Part shown: positions 8,527-19,574 of the stretch, piece after piece
Numbering within the stretch: the first letter of the stretch is position 1
How the letters are laid out: every line of letters begins with the position of its first letter
Notes under the pieces: generated by a model
Seen by the model: the letters and a program-made list of their open reading frames with translations, nothing else
Database searches by the model: none
What the model was told of the DNA's origin: nothing
Translations under genes and position numbers: made by a program
DNA from: an uncultured Gammaproteobacteria bacterium
GTDB taxonomy: Bacteria; Pseudomonadota; Gammaproteobacteria; Steroidobacterales; Foliamicaceae
NCBI GenBank assembly: GCA_951828235.1
Contig: OX639965.1
Coordinates: 515,191 to 579,190 of the forward strand
Length of the DNA: 64,000 nt
Direction: 5' to 3'

Positions 8527-9309
8527 TCATGCCATTGCCGTACGGGCCGCCGCCTCCCACAGAAGGCGTAGATCTTCATAGCCATCCACCAGGTGGCCGA
8601 GGGCGCGCCAATCCAAAAGATGCGCGCGGCCCCGGGCTGAGGCGAGCAGAGTTCGGGCCTCGCGTTCGTTGAGACTGTTGTGGCCCACTACCACCGCCAG
8701 GTCGAACAGCGGGTCGCCGGGCGCGGCAAATTCCCAGTCGATCAGCCGCAACGCCGGTCCGCACAAGACGTTTTGAGCCACCGGGTCGTTGTGGCACAGC
8801 GCCGGCCTGCGGCGCTCTCCCGCAGCCGCCTTGATGGATCGCAAGGCGGCGCGCGCCGTTCTCCGCGCCCACGCGCCGCCCAAGATGGAAGCGTAAAGTG
8901 CCAGGGCGCGCCTCAGGTCGAGCGGCTCCGTCACCGAGGGCGGCGCCGCGGTCCGGTGCAGCCGGCGCAGCAATTCCCCCAACGCGCGTAACCTGCGTGG
9001 GTGACGCAGCATGGCCGGAGTGCATGTGCGTCCCTCCAGCAGGCTCGTTACCAGCACGCCCCGGGTGGCATCGGAGTAAACCAGTTTCGGACCGAGCCCG
9101 CGGCCCGCGATCGAGCGCAACACGGCGGTCTCGGCGCCGCGGTCCAGGCCTAGCGCGCGAACCGCGGGCGTGTCCAGCCGAACGACAAGCCGCTCCTCAC
9201 CCCGCGCGGCCAGCCAGGTCTCGTTCCATCCTCCGCCGCCGGACAGCCGGCTCATGAATCGGATGTCCCCGAGATCGGGATGTTCGGGGAGCCGAGGCGC
9301 CGGGTTCAC
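8527..9309 (-). CDS. Choline/aminoglycoside-kinase-fold phosphotransferase, probable thiamine kinase
   Basis: CHNDPVAQNV and LIDWEFA motifs; GTG start overlaps the PnuC stop; last gene of a TPP-riboswitch operon. Confidence 0.8.
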   Translation of the reverse strand: MNPAPRLPEHPDLGDIRFMSRLSGGGGWNETWLAARGEERLVVRLDTPAVRALGLDRGAETAVLRSIAGRGLGPKLVYSDATRGVLVTSLLEGRTCTPAMLRHPRRLRALGELLRRLHRTAAPPSVTEPLDLRRALALYASILGGAWARRTARAALRSIKAAAGERRRPALCHNDPVAQNVLCGPALRLIDWEFAAPGDPLFDLAVVVGHNSLNEREARTLLASARGRAHLLDWRALGHLVDGYEDLRLLWEAAARTAMA

Positions 9310-9866
9310 GCCGGCAGGGCCTTGCGCCAGGACCGGTAGCCCAGCCACGCCAGGACCAGGTAGCTTGCATACAGCACGGCGGTGAAATAAAGGCCGCGTT
9401 CCAGGTACAGCGCCACGTAGATCGAGTCCAGCACGATCCACCAGATCCAGTTGCCGATGTACTTGCGCGCCTGCATGAATGTGGCCAGCGGCGCCGCCAG
9501 CGCGGTGACCACGTCGACAAAGAACAGGGACGATTCGCTGTATTGCGCGCCGAAGATCGTGATCGGGATCGAGACCGCGAGCAGCGCGGCCACCGCGATC
9601 ACGTTGTTGCGCCAGCCCCAGAATCCCAGCTTCGCCGGCTTCTTCGCTCCCTTGCGCCACTTGCGGTAGCCGTAGACAGCCATGATCATGTAGAAGACCT
9701 GCAGCCAGGGCTGGAATATCAGGCCGGCGTCGAGAAACACCACCACGAACAGTCCGGAAGCGAGGTACGACGCCGGCCAGCAGGCGATATGGCGGCGTAT
9801 GGCCAGCACCACGTAGACGAAACCGAGCGCGACGCCCACGATCTCCAGGACCGTCATGATTTCCAT
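9306..9866 (-). CDS. pnuT: PnuC-family transporter, probable thiamine specificity (PnuT)
   Basis: QVFYMIMAVYGYRKW, QARKYIGNWIWWIVLD; TPP regulon context. Confidence 0.85.
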   Translation of the reverse strand: MEIMTVLEIVGVALGFVYVVLAIRRHIACWPASYLASGLFVVVFLDAGLIFQPWLQVFYMIMAVYGYRKWRKGAKKPAKLGFWGWRNNVIAVAALLAVSIPITIFGAQYSESSLFFVDVVTALAAPLATFMQARKYIGNWIWWIVLDSIYVALYLERGLYFTAVLYASYLVLAWLGYRSWRKALPA

Positions 9867-9907
9867 TCGCCGCTCTCAGGGCAGGTTCGAGCTGAACGGC
9901 CCGCCGC

Positions 9908-10177
9908 CTAAATCTCGGGGGGCGATTGGATGGGCAGGTCCGCGTTCAGGTACTTTGCAACCAGCACTACCCGGTCGCCGGACTCCATGACCGCCTTCAT
10001 GCACGCATCCACGGCCCGCTGGACGTCCGCCATTTCGCCCCGCAGTTGCGTGCTCATCTGGTTGATCAGCACTTCAATGCCCGGTTGTTCGCGCAGATCG
10101 CGGATGAATCCGGTGATTCGCGCAATGGGCTCCTCGCTGGCCAGCGGATACAGGCTGAGTTCGGCGGTGATGCGCAT
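9908..10177 (-). CDS. YkoF/thiamine-binding-like small protein
   Basis: MRITAELSLYPL..., NQMSTQLRGE; lies between the TonB receptor and PnuC. Confidence 0.75.
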   Translation of the reverse strand: MRITAELSLYPLASEEPIARITGFIRDLREQPGIEVLINQMSTQLRGEMADVQRAVDACMKAVMESGDRVVLVAKYLNADLPIQSPPEI

Positions 10178-10181
10178 AGAT

Positions 10182-12341
10182 CTAGAAATACCGGCGAATG
10201 GTAACGCCGAAGTGCCGCGGGTCCCCCTGCTGGCGGAACTCCTGTTGGGGCCAGTCCGGGGGCACATTCGAGAAATAGAACCCGCGGACCGCGTAATACT
10301 CGTCAAGAAGATTGCGCACCCAGGCGTATGCTTCCCAGCCATTCCAGGCTCGGCCGGCCCGCACGTTCAACAGCGAATAGGCATCCGACTTTCGGTCGTG
10401 GCTGCTGGAGAAGTAGAAGCCGTCCTTTCCGGTCAGCTCGCCGGCCGCGAACCAGCCCCGCGGGCGCCCCCAGCGGACCCCGAGCGCGTAGCCGTAGCCC
10501 GGCGCGTGCGGCTGCTCGCGGCCTTCCAGTTCCGGGCGGCCCGGGAAGCGCGTGATTTCCGTGTCCAGCAATCCAATGGCGGCGCTCATGCGCCAGGCCT
10601 CGTTAGGCGCGTAGTCCAGGGTCAATTCGATGCCGCGGTTATAGCCGCGGCCGACATTCCGGGTGAAGAAGACGAAGGTATTGGGGTCCTGCGGGTCAAG
10701 CTGCCGCGAGGTGTCCACCTGCACGTCGGCGCGCTGCGAATGGAAGACGGCCAGCTCGCCGCGCAGCCGGCCGTCCAGCCACAGCCCCTTTGCGCCCACT
10801 TCGTAGTTCCAGAGAAACTCCGGCTGATAGACCAGTTCCGCGGAAGTCAGCCCCTGGCCCGCCAGACCCAGGTTGAACCCGCCGGCCTTGTAGCCGCGCG
10901 CTGCGCGAGCGTAAACGCTTGTTTCATCGCCGAGCCGACGCGAAACGCTGACATGCCCGCCCGTCATGCCGTCCGTCGGCGAGAACCGCTCGCCGTTGGA
11001 ATCATCGTAGTCGGCGTCGCGCTGTTCCCGGCGCAGGCCAACGGTTACCCGCCATTCATCGGCGAACGCGCGCGAAAGTTCGCCGAACAGCGCCAGGCTG
11101 TCGGCGCCGTAGCTGGAACGGAAGCGGTCCTCGCTGGGGCCGGGCGCGTAACCCGGCTCGGCGTACAGGCCCCGGTCGACGCGATCATTGTCCTCGTCGA
11201 GATTCAGGAACCACACCCCCAACACGTAGTCCAGCCCGGCGTCCGCGGGCGACAGCAGGCGCAATTCCTGGCTCAAGCCGCTGCGCTCGCGCAGGGTGCG
11301 CGAGCTGTAGTCGTACTGCATGGCAAAGCCGGCGATTTCCGACCAGTAGGCGTCTTCTCCCCAGTCGGCGTCATAGCTGTGTTCGATATCGGAGCTCGCC
11401 CCGCCGGTGATGCTCACCAGCCGGTGGCCACCGCCCAGTTCCAGCTCGGCGCGCAGCGAAGCTCCGGTGGACGCCTGCGAATCGCGCCCGGGACGGTCCG
11501 AGAAGGTGGTCAGCCGGTTGTCGATCGACCAGCCGTCATAGCCGTTGTCGAGGTCGACATGCAGCAGCGTCAATCGCAAGGCCAGACCCGGCGCCGGATC
11601 GAAATTGAGCCTGGTCCTGAGGCTCAACTCCTCCCGGCCGTTGGTGTCGTCGCGATCCAGCGTGGCATTGCGCCGAAAGCCGTTGGCCCGGTACCGGTGC
11701 ACGGCCAGGCGCCCGGCGGCCTTTTCGCCCAGAGGCCCGCTGACGGCCAGTCCGAAAGCCCGCATATCGTCGTTGCCGAAGGAAAGCTCGGCTTCGGCTT
11801 CCGCGTCCCGGCCCGGCTCGCGGGAGCGCGCATAGATCAGTCCGGCCAGCGCGTTGGCGCCGTAGCGCGTGCCCTGCGGCCCGCGCAGGACCTCCACGCT
11901 GCCCAGGTCGAAACGCGTGGCGACGCCGCCGATGGCGGAGAAGTCGATGTCGTCCAGCAGGAAACCCACCGAGGGGTTCGGCGCGCCTTCGTACTGCGAG
12001 CGTTCGCCGATTCCGCGCACCTGAAAATAACGCGCCCGGGACGATCCGCCGGACCAGTGCAGGTTGGGCGTGAGCTGCACCAGTTCCTCGAAGTGTTGGA
12101 CCGACGAGCTCCGGATTGTCTCAGCGTTATGCACCGTAACGCTGGTCGGCAGGTCCAGGCTGCGCACCTCCTTCAACGAGGCCGTGACCACCAGTTCCTC
12201 CAGCACGCCGCCGGGCGCTTCCTCCGGCGAGGCTTGTTGCGGCTGCGCCGCGGAAACGGCAGCGGTAGCGCTGGCGAGCAGCACGCAAAGCGAGTCTGCG
12301 GCGAATCGGCCAATGAAGTTGCGGTTGCGGAAAAGCTTCAT
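10182..12341 (-). CDS. TonB-dependent receptor, probable thiamine receptor
   Basis: Signal peptide, LEELVVTAS TonB box, VEVLRGPQGTRYGANALAG plug, terminal Phe; ATG 12341 directly follows the riboswitch. Confidence 0.93.
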   Translation of the reverse strand: MKLFRNRNFIGRFAADSLCVLLASATAAVSAAQPQQASPEEAPGGVLEELVVTASLKEVRSLDLPTSVTVHNAETIRSSSVQHFEELVQLTPNLHWSGGSSRARYFQVRGIGERSQYEGAPNPSVGFLLDDIDFSAIGGVATRFDLGSVEVLRGPQGTRYGANALAGLIYARSREPGRDAEAEAELSFGNDDMRAFGLAVSGPLGEKAAGRLAVHRYRANGFRRNATLDRDDTNGREELSLRTRLNFDPAPGLALRLTLLHVDLDNGYDGWSIDNRLTTFSDRPGRDSQASTGASLRAELELGGGHRLVSITGGASSDIEHSYDADWGEDAYWSEIAGFAMQYDYSSRTLRERSGLSQELRLLSPADAGLDYVLGVWFLNLDEDNDRVDRGLYAEPGYAPGPSEDRFRSSYGADSLALFGELSRAFADEWRVTVGLRREQRDADYDDSNGERFSPTDGMTGGHVSVSRRLGDETSVYARAARGYKAGGFNLGLAGQGLTSAELVYQPEFLWNYEVGAKGLWLDGRLRGELAVFHSQRADVQVDTSRQLDPQDPNTFVFFTRNVGRGYNRGIELTLDYAPNEAWRMSAAIGLLDTEITRFPGRPELEGREQPHAPGYGYALGVRWGRPRGWFAAGELTGKDGFYFSSSHDRKSDAYSLLNVRAGRAWNGWEAYAWVRNLLDEYYAVRGFYFSNVPPDWPQQEFRQQGDPRHFGVTIRRYF

Positions 12342-12432
12342 ACCTCGTTCCTCCGCCGGTACTAACCGGATCAGGTTCAAGGGGTCCCCGTTGACAGGGT
12401 CTCAGGCCGAAGGGCCGCCCCCCAGGTGAGTG
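12342..12432 (-). promoter_or_regulatory. TPP riboswitch
   Basis: Minus strand reads GGGGGGCGGCCCTTCGGCCTGAGACCC...CCCTTGAACCTGATCCGGTTAGTACCGGCGGAGGAA, with the CTGAGA and GAACCTGAT TPP signatures. Confidence 0.93.
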
Positions 12433-12435
12433 AAG

Positions 12436-12441
12436 AGTATA
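12436..12441 (-). promoter_or_regulatory. Putative -10 box TATACT for the thiamine operon
   Basis: TATACT a few nt upstream of the riboswitch 5' end. Confidence 0.5.
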
Positions 12442-12517
12442 AAGCCCGCGCCGCCAGCTACCCTGCGAGCGGAACGCGATTGGAGGATAATTGCCGCCGA
12501 ATGAACGGAGGCGGCGC

Positions 12518-13390
12518 ATGAGCGAACCCAATCACGATTACCGCGCGATCGACGCGGTCGTCAACATCTGGACGCCCGAGGCCCTGTCGCACCGGCCCGG
12601 CTGGCAGGGCGATTTCTTCGTGGGCAAGATGAAAGCGGAAAGCCCGCTGATGAGCGGACTCTCGCTGGAACAGATGATTGAGCGGCTGGACGCCGCCGGC
12701 ATCGAGCGGGCGTTCCTGATCGCGCCGCATACCGGCCAGGTGGGCCTGCCGGGCTGTTATCACCTGCCGTATGAGGTTGTGGCTCGCGCCTGCGAGAAGC
12801 ACCCCGACCGCTTCTCCGGCCTGGCGGGGATCGACCCCACCCAGGGCATGGAAGGTGTGCGCATGTTCGAGGATGCGGTGAAGAACATGGGCTTTATCGG
12901 CGCGCACCTTTACCCGCACTGGTTCGAACTCGCCCCGGACCATGCCCGCTACTACCCGTTCTACGCCAAGTGCTGCGAGCTGAACGTGCCGATACAGATG
13001 CAGGTCGGCCAGTCGATGATTTACGCCAAGGACGCGCCGCGCCGCAGCGTCGGCCGGCCGATCGCGCTGGACGCCGTGGCCTGCGACTTCCCCGAACTCA
13101 AGCTGATCGGCATTCACGTAGGCATTCCCTGGCACGAAGAGATGATCGCCATGTCGTGGAAGCACGACAATGTGTTCATCGGCTGCGACGCGCACCGGCC
13201 GAAGTACTGGCCGGACAGCTTCCGGCATTACATCAATTCGTTCGGCCAGGACAAGGTCATCTTCGGCACCGACTTTCCGGTGCTGGACTTCGAGCGCACG
13301 GTGCAGGACATCGACGCGCTCGAACTACGCCCGCGGGCGCGCCGCAAGCTGATGCGCGACAACGTCCTGCGCATCTACGGAATGGAGTGA
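12518..13390 (+). CDS. Amidohydrolase family 2 protein (paralog 1)
   Basis: RFSGLAGIDP, HLYPHW, YAKCCEL, DFPELKLIGIH, VIFGTDFP; GGAGG RBS before ATG 12518. Confidence 0.88.
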   Translation: MSEPNHDYRAIDAVVNIWTPEALSHRPGWQGDFFVGKMKAESPLMSGLSLEQMIERLDAAGIERAFLIAPHTGQVGLPGCYHLPYEVVARACEKHPDRFSGLAGIDPTQGMEGVRMFEDAVKNMGFIGAHLYPHWFELAPDHARYYPFYAKCCELNVPIQMQVGQSMIYAKDAPRRSVGRPIALDAVACDFPELKLIGIHVGIPWHEEMIAMSWKHDNVFIGCDAHRPKYWPDSFRHYINSFGQDKVIFGTDFPVLDFERTVQDIDALELRPRARRKLMRDNVLRIYGME

Positions 13391-13448
13391 TCTTCATCTA
13401 ACTTCCTCTATCTCTCAGCGATATTGCAGCTATCTCGCCGTTCCCGGC

Positions 13449-14735
13449 CTATCCACGACGCCCCTGAAGCCACGCCCGCGCCGGCCCGGCGGTATTGAAC
13501 GACCCCGTCACCACGACACGATGATCGGCGCCCGCCAGCGCCGCCGCCTGCTGGCAGGCTTCCGCCACCGACTCGCGCAGCCATAGCTTCGCAAGCGGAT
13601 GCCGCGCCAGCGCCTCGGCCAGTTCATCCGGGGAACACGCCTTCGGCCAGTCCGCCCGGGTAACGATCACCTGGTCACCCGCATCCAGCGGCAAGGCGGA
13701 CAAAAACCCGCTCACGTCCTTGTCGCCGTGCATGCCCAGCACCCAGATGACCGGACACGGCGGCAAGGCATTGAGGCTCTTTGCCAGACAGGCCCCCGCA
13801 TCGGGGTTGTGCGCGACATCCAGGATCCATTCCGTGCCGGCGCATTCCAGTCGCTCGAACCGGCCCGGCAACCGCCCGATGCGCAGGATCTGCAGGTAAT
13901 CGCCGGAATCGGGGACCCAATCCGGGGCGAGGCGTTCCAGCACCGCGAACGCCAGGCTGGCGTTGGGCAGCTCGGCCGCGTTGGCGGGATCGGCGAGCGC
14001 CAGGCCGTTGCGGCGGACGGCCCGGCCGCGCCAGTCCCAGCGCTCGCCTTGCCGTTCGAAATCGAAATCGACGCCTGCCTGGTATAGCGGCGCTTTCAGT
14101 TCCGCCGCGCGGTCGGCAATCGGCGCCGGCGCGATTCCCGCTCCATAGAACGCCGGCCGCCCGGCGCGCAGGATTCCCGCCTTCTCGGCCGCCACCGAGT
14201 CCAGCGTGTCGCCGAGCCAGTCCTCGTGATCCATGGCGATCCGCGTGATCACGCTCACGTCCGGGTCGATCGCATTGACCGCGTCCAGCCTGCCGCCGAG
14301 CCCCACCTCCAGCACCCAGGCGTCGCAGCCCTCCCGGCTGAACAGGCTGAAGGCCGCCAGGGTGACGAACTCGAACTCGGTAAGCCGGATATCGCCTCGC
14401 GCCGCCTCGACCCGCTCGAACTCGCGGCTCAAACTGGCCAGGTCGGCCTGCGCGCCGCCGATCTGCACCCGCTCACCGAAATCCTGCAGGTAGGGCGAGA
14501 GATACAGCGCAGTGCGCAATCCTCCCCTCACGCGCAACGCCGCGTCGATCAGCGCCGCGGTGCTGCCCTTACCGTTGGTGCCGGCCACGGTAACCACCCG
14601 CCCGGGAGGCGACGTCAGATCCAGCCTGCCGATCACCTGTGCGATCCTCTCAAGCCCCAGGTCGATCTCGCTGGGGTGTAGCCGGGCCGCATGGCGCAGC
14701 CACTCATCCAGATGCCTCAGGGTCGCGCTCGCCAT
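13449..14735 (-). CDS. folC: Dihydrofolate synthase/folylpolyglutamate synthase
   Basis: VAGTNGKGS, LEVGLGGRLDAVN, DHEDWLG, GRFE, LDVAHNP; ATG 14735 preferred because TAAAAT-N8-ATG precedes it. Confidence 0.93.
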   Translation of the reverse strand: MASATLRHLDEWLRHAARLHPSEIDLGLERIAQVIGRLDLTSPPGRVVTVAGTNGKGSTAALIDAALRVRGGLRTALYLSPYLQDFGERVQIGGAQADLASLSREFERVEAARGDIRLTEFEFVTLAAFSLFSREGCDAWVLEVGLGGRLDAVNAIDPDVSVITRIAMDHEDWLGDTLDSVAAEKAGILRAGRPAFYGAGIAPAPIADRAAELKAPLYQAGVDFDFERQGERWDWRGRAVRRNGLALADPANAAELPNASLAFAVLERLAPDWVPDSGDYLQILRIGRLPGRFERLECAGTEWILDVAHNPDAGACLAKSLNALPPCPVIWVLGMHGDKDVSGFLSALPLDAGDQVIVTRADWPKACSPDELAEALARHPLAKLWLRESVAEACQQAAALAGADHRVVVTGSFNTAGPARAWLQGRRG

Positions 14736-14793
14736 GGCCACGAATTTTATTGGGACACAGCCTTACAATGCGCGCACGAACCGGAGACATGAC

Positions 14794-15456
14794 ATGCGCA
14801 TCAAGCAATCCCAGGCTCTTCTCGCCCTGACTATCAGCTTGCTTCTATGCACAAGCGCCGCGCGAGCGGAAATCGCGGCCAGCGCCGAGGAGACCTCGCC
14901 CCTGCCCGCCGGCGCCGCGTCGCCCGCATTCACTGCCCGCAATGCCGACGGCAGCGAATTCGCCTTCGATCCGTCCGCGCTCGAACGCCCGGCAATGCTC
15001 ATCTTCTACCGTGGCGGCTGGTGTCCCTATTGCAACGCACATCTGGCCGAACTGCGGCATGTCGTCCCCGAACTGGAACAACGCGGCATGGACGTGTACT
15101 TCCTGAGCGCCGACAGCCCGGAGAATCTGGCCTCGGCTCTGCACGGCGACGCCGAGGGCCTGGATTACACCCTCCTGTCCGACGCCCGCTTAAGCGCTGC
15201 CGAAGCGTTCGGACTCGCCTTCCGCATTTCCGACGCCTACTACCGCCAGGCAAAAGAATACGGCGTGGACCTTGAGGAGGCCTCCGGCGAAACCCACCAC
15301 GCCCTGCCCATTCCGGCCGCCTACCTTATCGACAGCGAAGGCATGATCCGCTACGGCCACACCAACACCGACTACACGCAGCGGCTCAGCGCCGACGAAC
15401 TCCGCGAGGGCGTTGACAGCGTGCTGACAGCAAGCTCAGGCGCCGGCGATGCTTAG
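14794..15456 (+). CDS. Exported peroxiredoxin-like (AhpC/TSA) protein
   Basis: FYRGGWCPYC, LLSD, HALPIPAAYLID; signal peptide; GGAG RBS and TACAAT upstream. Confidence 0.88.
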   Translation: MRIKQSQALLALTISLLLCTSAARAEIAASAEETSPLPAGAASPAFTARNADGSEFAFDPSALERPAMLIFYRGGWCPYCNAHLAELRHVVPELEQRGMDVYFLSADSPENLASALHGDAEGLDYTLLSDARLSAAEAFGLAFRISDAYYRQAKEYGVDLEEASGETHHALPIPAAYLIDSEGMIRYGHTNTDYTQRLSADELREGVDSVLTASSGAGDA

Positions 15457-16755
15457 GTCCTGGATCAGGATCGAACCGGTGTAGATCCCGCCGCGCCGGT
15501 CCACGTCGGAGCCGATGGCGGCGATGTTGCGGAACATTTCCTTTAAGTTGCCGGCCACGGTGATTTCGTGGGCGGCGTGCGCGATGGCGCCGCCGCGCAC
15601 CCAGTATCCGGCCGCGCCGCGCGAATAGTCGCCGGTTACGGTGTTGGCGCCCTGCCCCATCATTTCGGTCACCACGAGGCCCTCGTCCATTTCCGCGAGC
15701 AGTTCCTCGTACGACTGGCCGGTGCTTTCCAGCAGGAGGTTATGGGCGCCACCGGCGTTTCCGGTGGTTGCCATGCCGAGTTTGCGCGCCGAGTAGCTGC
15801 CCAGGAAGTAGCCCTTCACGACACCCCCGCACACCAGCTCGCGATCGGCGGTGGCCACGCCCTCGCCATCGTAGGCGCGGCTGGCCAGCCCGCGGGGAAT
15901 ATGCGGACGCTCGGCCAGGTTGACGCAGTCCGCGAAGACCGGCTTGTCCAGGCTGTCGAGCAGGAAGCTGGCCCGGTTGTACAGCGCCCGCCCGCTGACC
16001 GCCGCGCAAAAGTGTCCGATCAGGCTGCGGGCGACCCTCGGCGAGAACAGCACCGGCGCCCGCGTGCTCCTGATCTTGCGCGCACCCAGGCGCTTGATGG
16101 TCCGTTCGGCGGCGCTCTCTCCCACCTTTTTCACCGGTGTCAGTTCCTCGGGCGCCCGCGCAACGCTGAAATCGTAGTCGCGCTCCATCTGCCCGTCCTG
16201 CTCGCTCAGCACCACGCAAGACACCGAGTGATTGCTCGACCGTCCGCTGCGCAGAAAGCCGTGCGAGTTGCCGTAGGCGAAACTCGACTCGCCTGTATCC
16301 ACGCCGGCCCCTTCCGAATTGCCGATCCTGGGGTCCGCGTCCAGCGCTGCCGCTTCGCATTCCAGCGCCAGTTCCATAGCCTGTTCCGCATCCAGGTCCC
16401 AGGGATGGTAAAGATCGAGGTCCGGGAATTCCGTGGCCAGTCGCTCCGCGTCGGCAAGGCCCGCATATTTGTCCTTGGCGGCGAACCGGGCCAGGCTCAA
16501 GGCCTTGTCGACGGTTTCCCGAACAGCCCCGGCAGACAGGTCGGATGTGCTGGCCGAGCCGCGCCGCTTGCCGCGATACACCGTTACGCCCAGCGAATGG
16601 TCCTGGTGGCTCTCCAGCGTTTCCACCTCGCGCATGCGCACGCGCAAGGTCAGTCCCGTGTTGTTGGAGGCCGAGGCTTCCGCCTGACTGGCGCCCCGCT
16701 TGCGGGCGCAGCTCAGGGCGTCGGCAACGCGCTCGCTGAGTTCATTGGGTGACAT
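15436..16755 (-). CDS. pmbA: Metalloprotease PmbA/TldE
   Basis: MERDYDFS, APVLFSP, YDGEGV, GQGANTVTGDYSRGAAG, EITVAGNL. Confidence 0.95.
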   Translation of the reverse strand: MSPNELSERVADALSCARKRGASQAEASASNNTGLTLRVRMREVETLESHQDHSLGVTVYRGKRRGSASTSDLSAGAVRETVDKALSLARFAAKDKYAGLADAERLATEFPDLDLYHPWDLDAEQAMELALECEAAALDADPRIGNSEGAGVDTGESSFAYGNSHGFLRSGRSSNHSVSCVVLSEQDGQMERDYDFSVARAPEELTPVKKVGESAAERTIKRLGARKIRSTRAPVLFSPRVARSLIGHFCAAVSGRALYNRASFLLDSLDKPVFADCVNLAERPHIPRGLASRAYDGEGVATADRELVCGGVVKGYFLGSYSARKLGMATTGNAGGAHNLLLESTGQSYEELLAEMDEGLVVTEMMGQGANTVTGDYSRGAAGYWVRGGAIAHAAHEITVAGNLKEMFRNIAAIGSDVDRRGGIYTGSILIQDLSIAGA

Positions 16756-17227
16756 CGCTGCCCCGGACCGCCTCCGCCGTTTGAGCGGCCCTGAAGGCCG
16801 TGAGCGCGGCGCGGATGTCGGCATCTCCCAGGGCCAGAATGGCGGTCGCCATCAGGGCGGCATTCACGGCGCCGTGACGGCCGACTCCCAGCGTTCCCAC
16901 CGGCACGCCGGCCGGCATCTGCGCCATCGAGAGCATTGCGTCGGCGCCCCCGAAAGCCGCGGTCGCCATCGGCACGCCCAGCACCGGCAGAGAGGTGAGC
17001 GCCGCCACGGTACCAGGAAGGGCTGCGGCCAGGCCGGCGCCCGCTATGACCACCTTGATCCCGCGCTCCTCGGCCTGCTCGCAGTACTCGGCAAGTTCCC
17101 TGGGTGCGCGGTGCGCCGAAAGCGCCCGCGCTTCCCAGCTTATGCCCAGCGAATCCAGCGTATTGGCCGCGTTCTCCATGATTTTCCAGTCCGAACGCGA
17201 ACCCATGAGTATGGCTACTTGTGTCAT
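16742..17227 (-). CDS. purE: N5-CAIR mutase / AIR carboxylase catalytic subunit
   Basis: MGSRSD, SAHR, IAGAG, PVLGVP, QMPAGVPV. Confidence 0.93.
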   Translation of the reverse strand: MTQVAILMGSRSDWKIMENAANTLDSLGISWEARALSAHRAPRELAEYCEQAEERGIKVVIAGAGLAAALPGTVAALTSLPVLGVPMATAAFGGADAMLSMAQMPAGVPVGTLGVGRHGAVNAALMATAILALGDADIRAALTAFRAAQTAEAVRGSDVTQ

Positions 17228-17274
17228 TTGCGTTTCCTAGATTGTGTGAGATTCTGAGATCTATTGATTCCCGG

Positions 17275-18746
<1,472 letters not shown>

Positions 18747-18750
<4 letters not shown>

Positions 18751-19574
18751 TTCAGGCCGGACGTCAGCTGGCGATGATCGAGCGCCGGAAAACCGCTGCG
18801 CAGCCGGTCAAGGTTGTCCAGCGCCACATCATGGCACAGCACGCCGTCGCCCTGCTTGCATTCCGCAACAACCTGCCCCCAGGGTTCGATCAGCATCGAA
18901 TGCCCGTAGCTCTCGCGCCCGCCGGGATGGATTCCATGTTGAGCCGATGCCAGCATGTAGCAAAGGTTCTCGACGGCGCGGGCGCGCACCAGGACGTACC
19001 AGTGCGCTTCCCCGGTCGGACGGGTAAAGGCGGCCGGCAGGGCAACCATTTCCGCGCCCTTTTCGCCCATGGCCCGAAACAGCTCGGGGAAGCGAAGGTC
19101 GTAGCACACCGCCAGTCCCAGCCGGCCGAAGGGCGTTTCGGCCACGACCGGCTCGCTTCCCGCCGTGGTCGTGGCCGACTCGCGAAAGGACTCCTTGCGC
19201 CCAGGCAGGGACACGTCGAAAAGGTGCATCTTGTCGTATCGCGCCGCCAGGGTTCCGGAGCCGTCAAACAGGCAGCAGGCCGAAGCCGGGCGCCGCGGAT
19301 CTTCGGCGAGCATGGGAATAGTCCCGGCCACGATCCACATCCCCAGCCGCTGGGCCTGCTCGGCCGCAAACTCCTGCCAGGGCCCGTCCCCCGGGCGCTC
19401 GGCATGCTCGGCGCGCATACGTTCGGCGTCCTTGGACATCAAGGCGAAGTTCTCCGGCAGGACGGCCAGCGCCGCTCCCTGGTCGGCGGCCCGGCGAAGC
19501 AACGCCGCCGCGCGCCCCAGGTTTTCGCCGGGCTCGTCGCCCGAACACATCTGTATGACCGCCACCTTGCTCAT
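18747..19574 (-). CDS. Carbon-nitrogen hydrolase (Nit1-like, probable deaminated glutathione amidase)
   Basis: LPENF, YDKMHLFDV, VCYDLRFPE triad; yhdP-nit-tldD synteny. Confidence 0.92.

Noticed and set aside
13391-13448. Pyrimidine-rich spacer with minus-strand GAGGAAG...ATG after folC (possible relic gene start)
   Set aside because: The ORF is only about 46 codons, antisense to the amidohydrolase, and has no recognisable motif.
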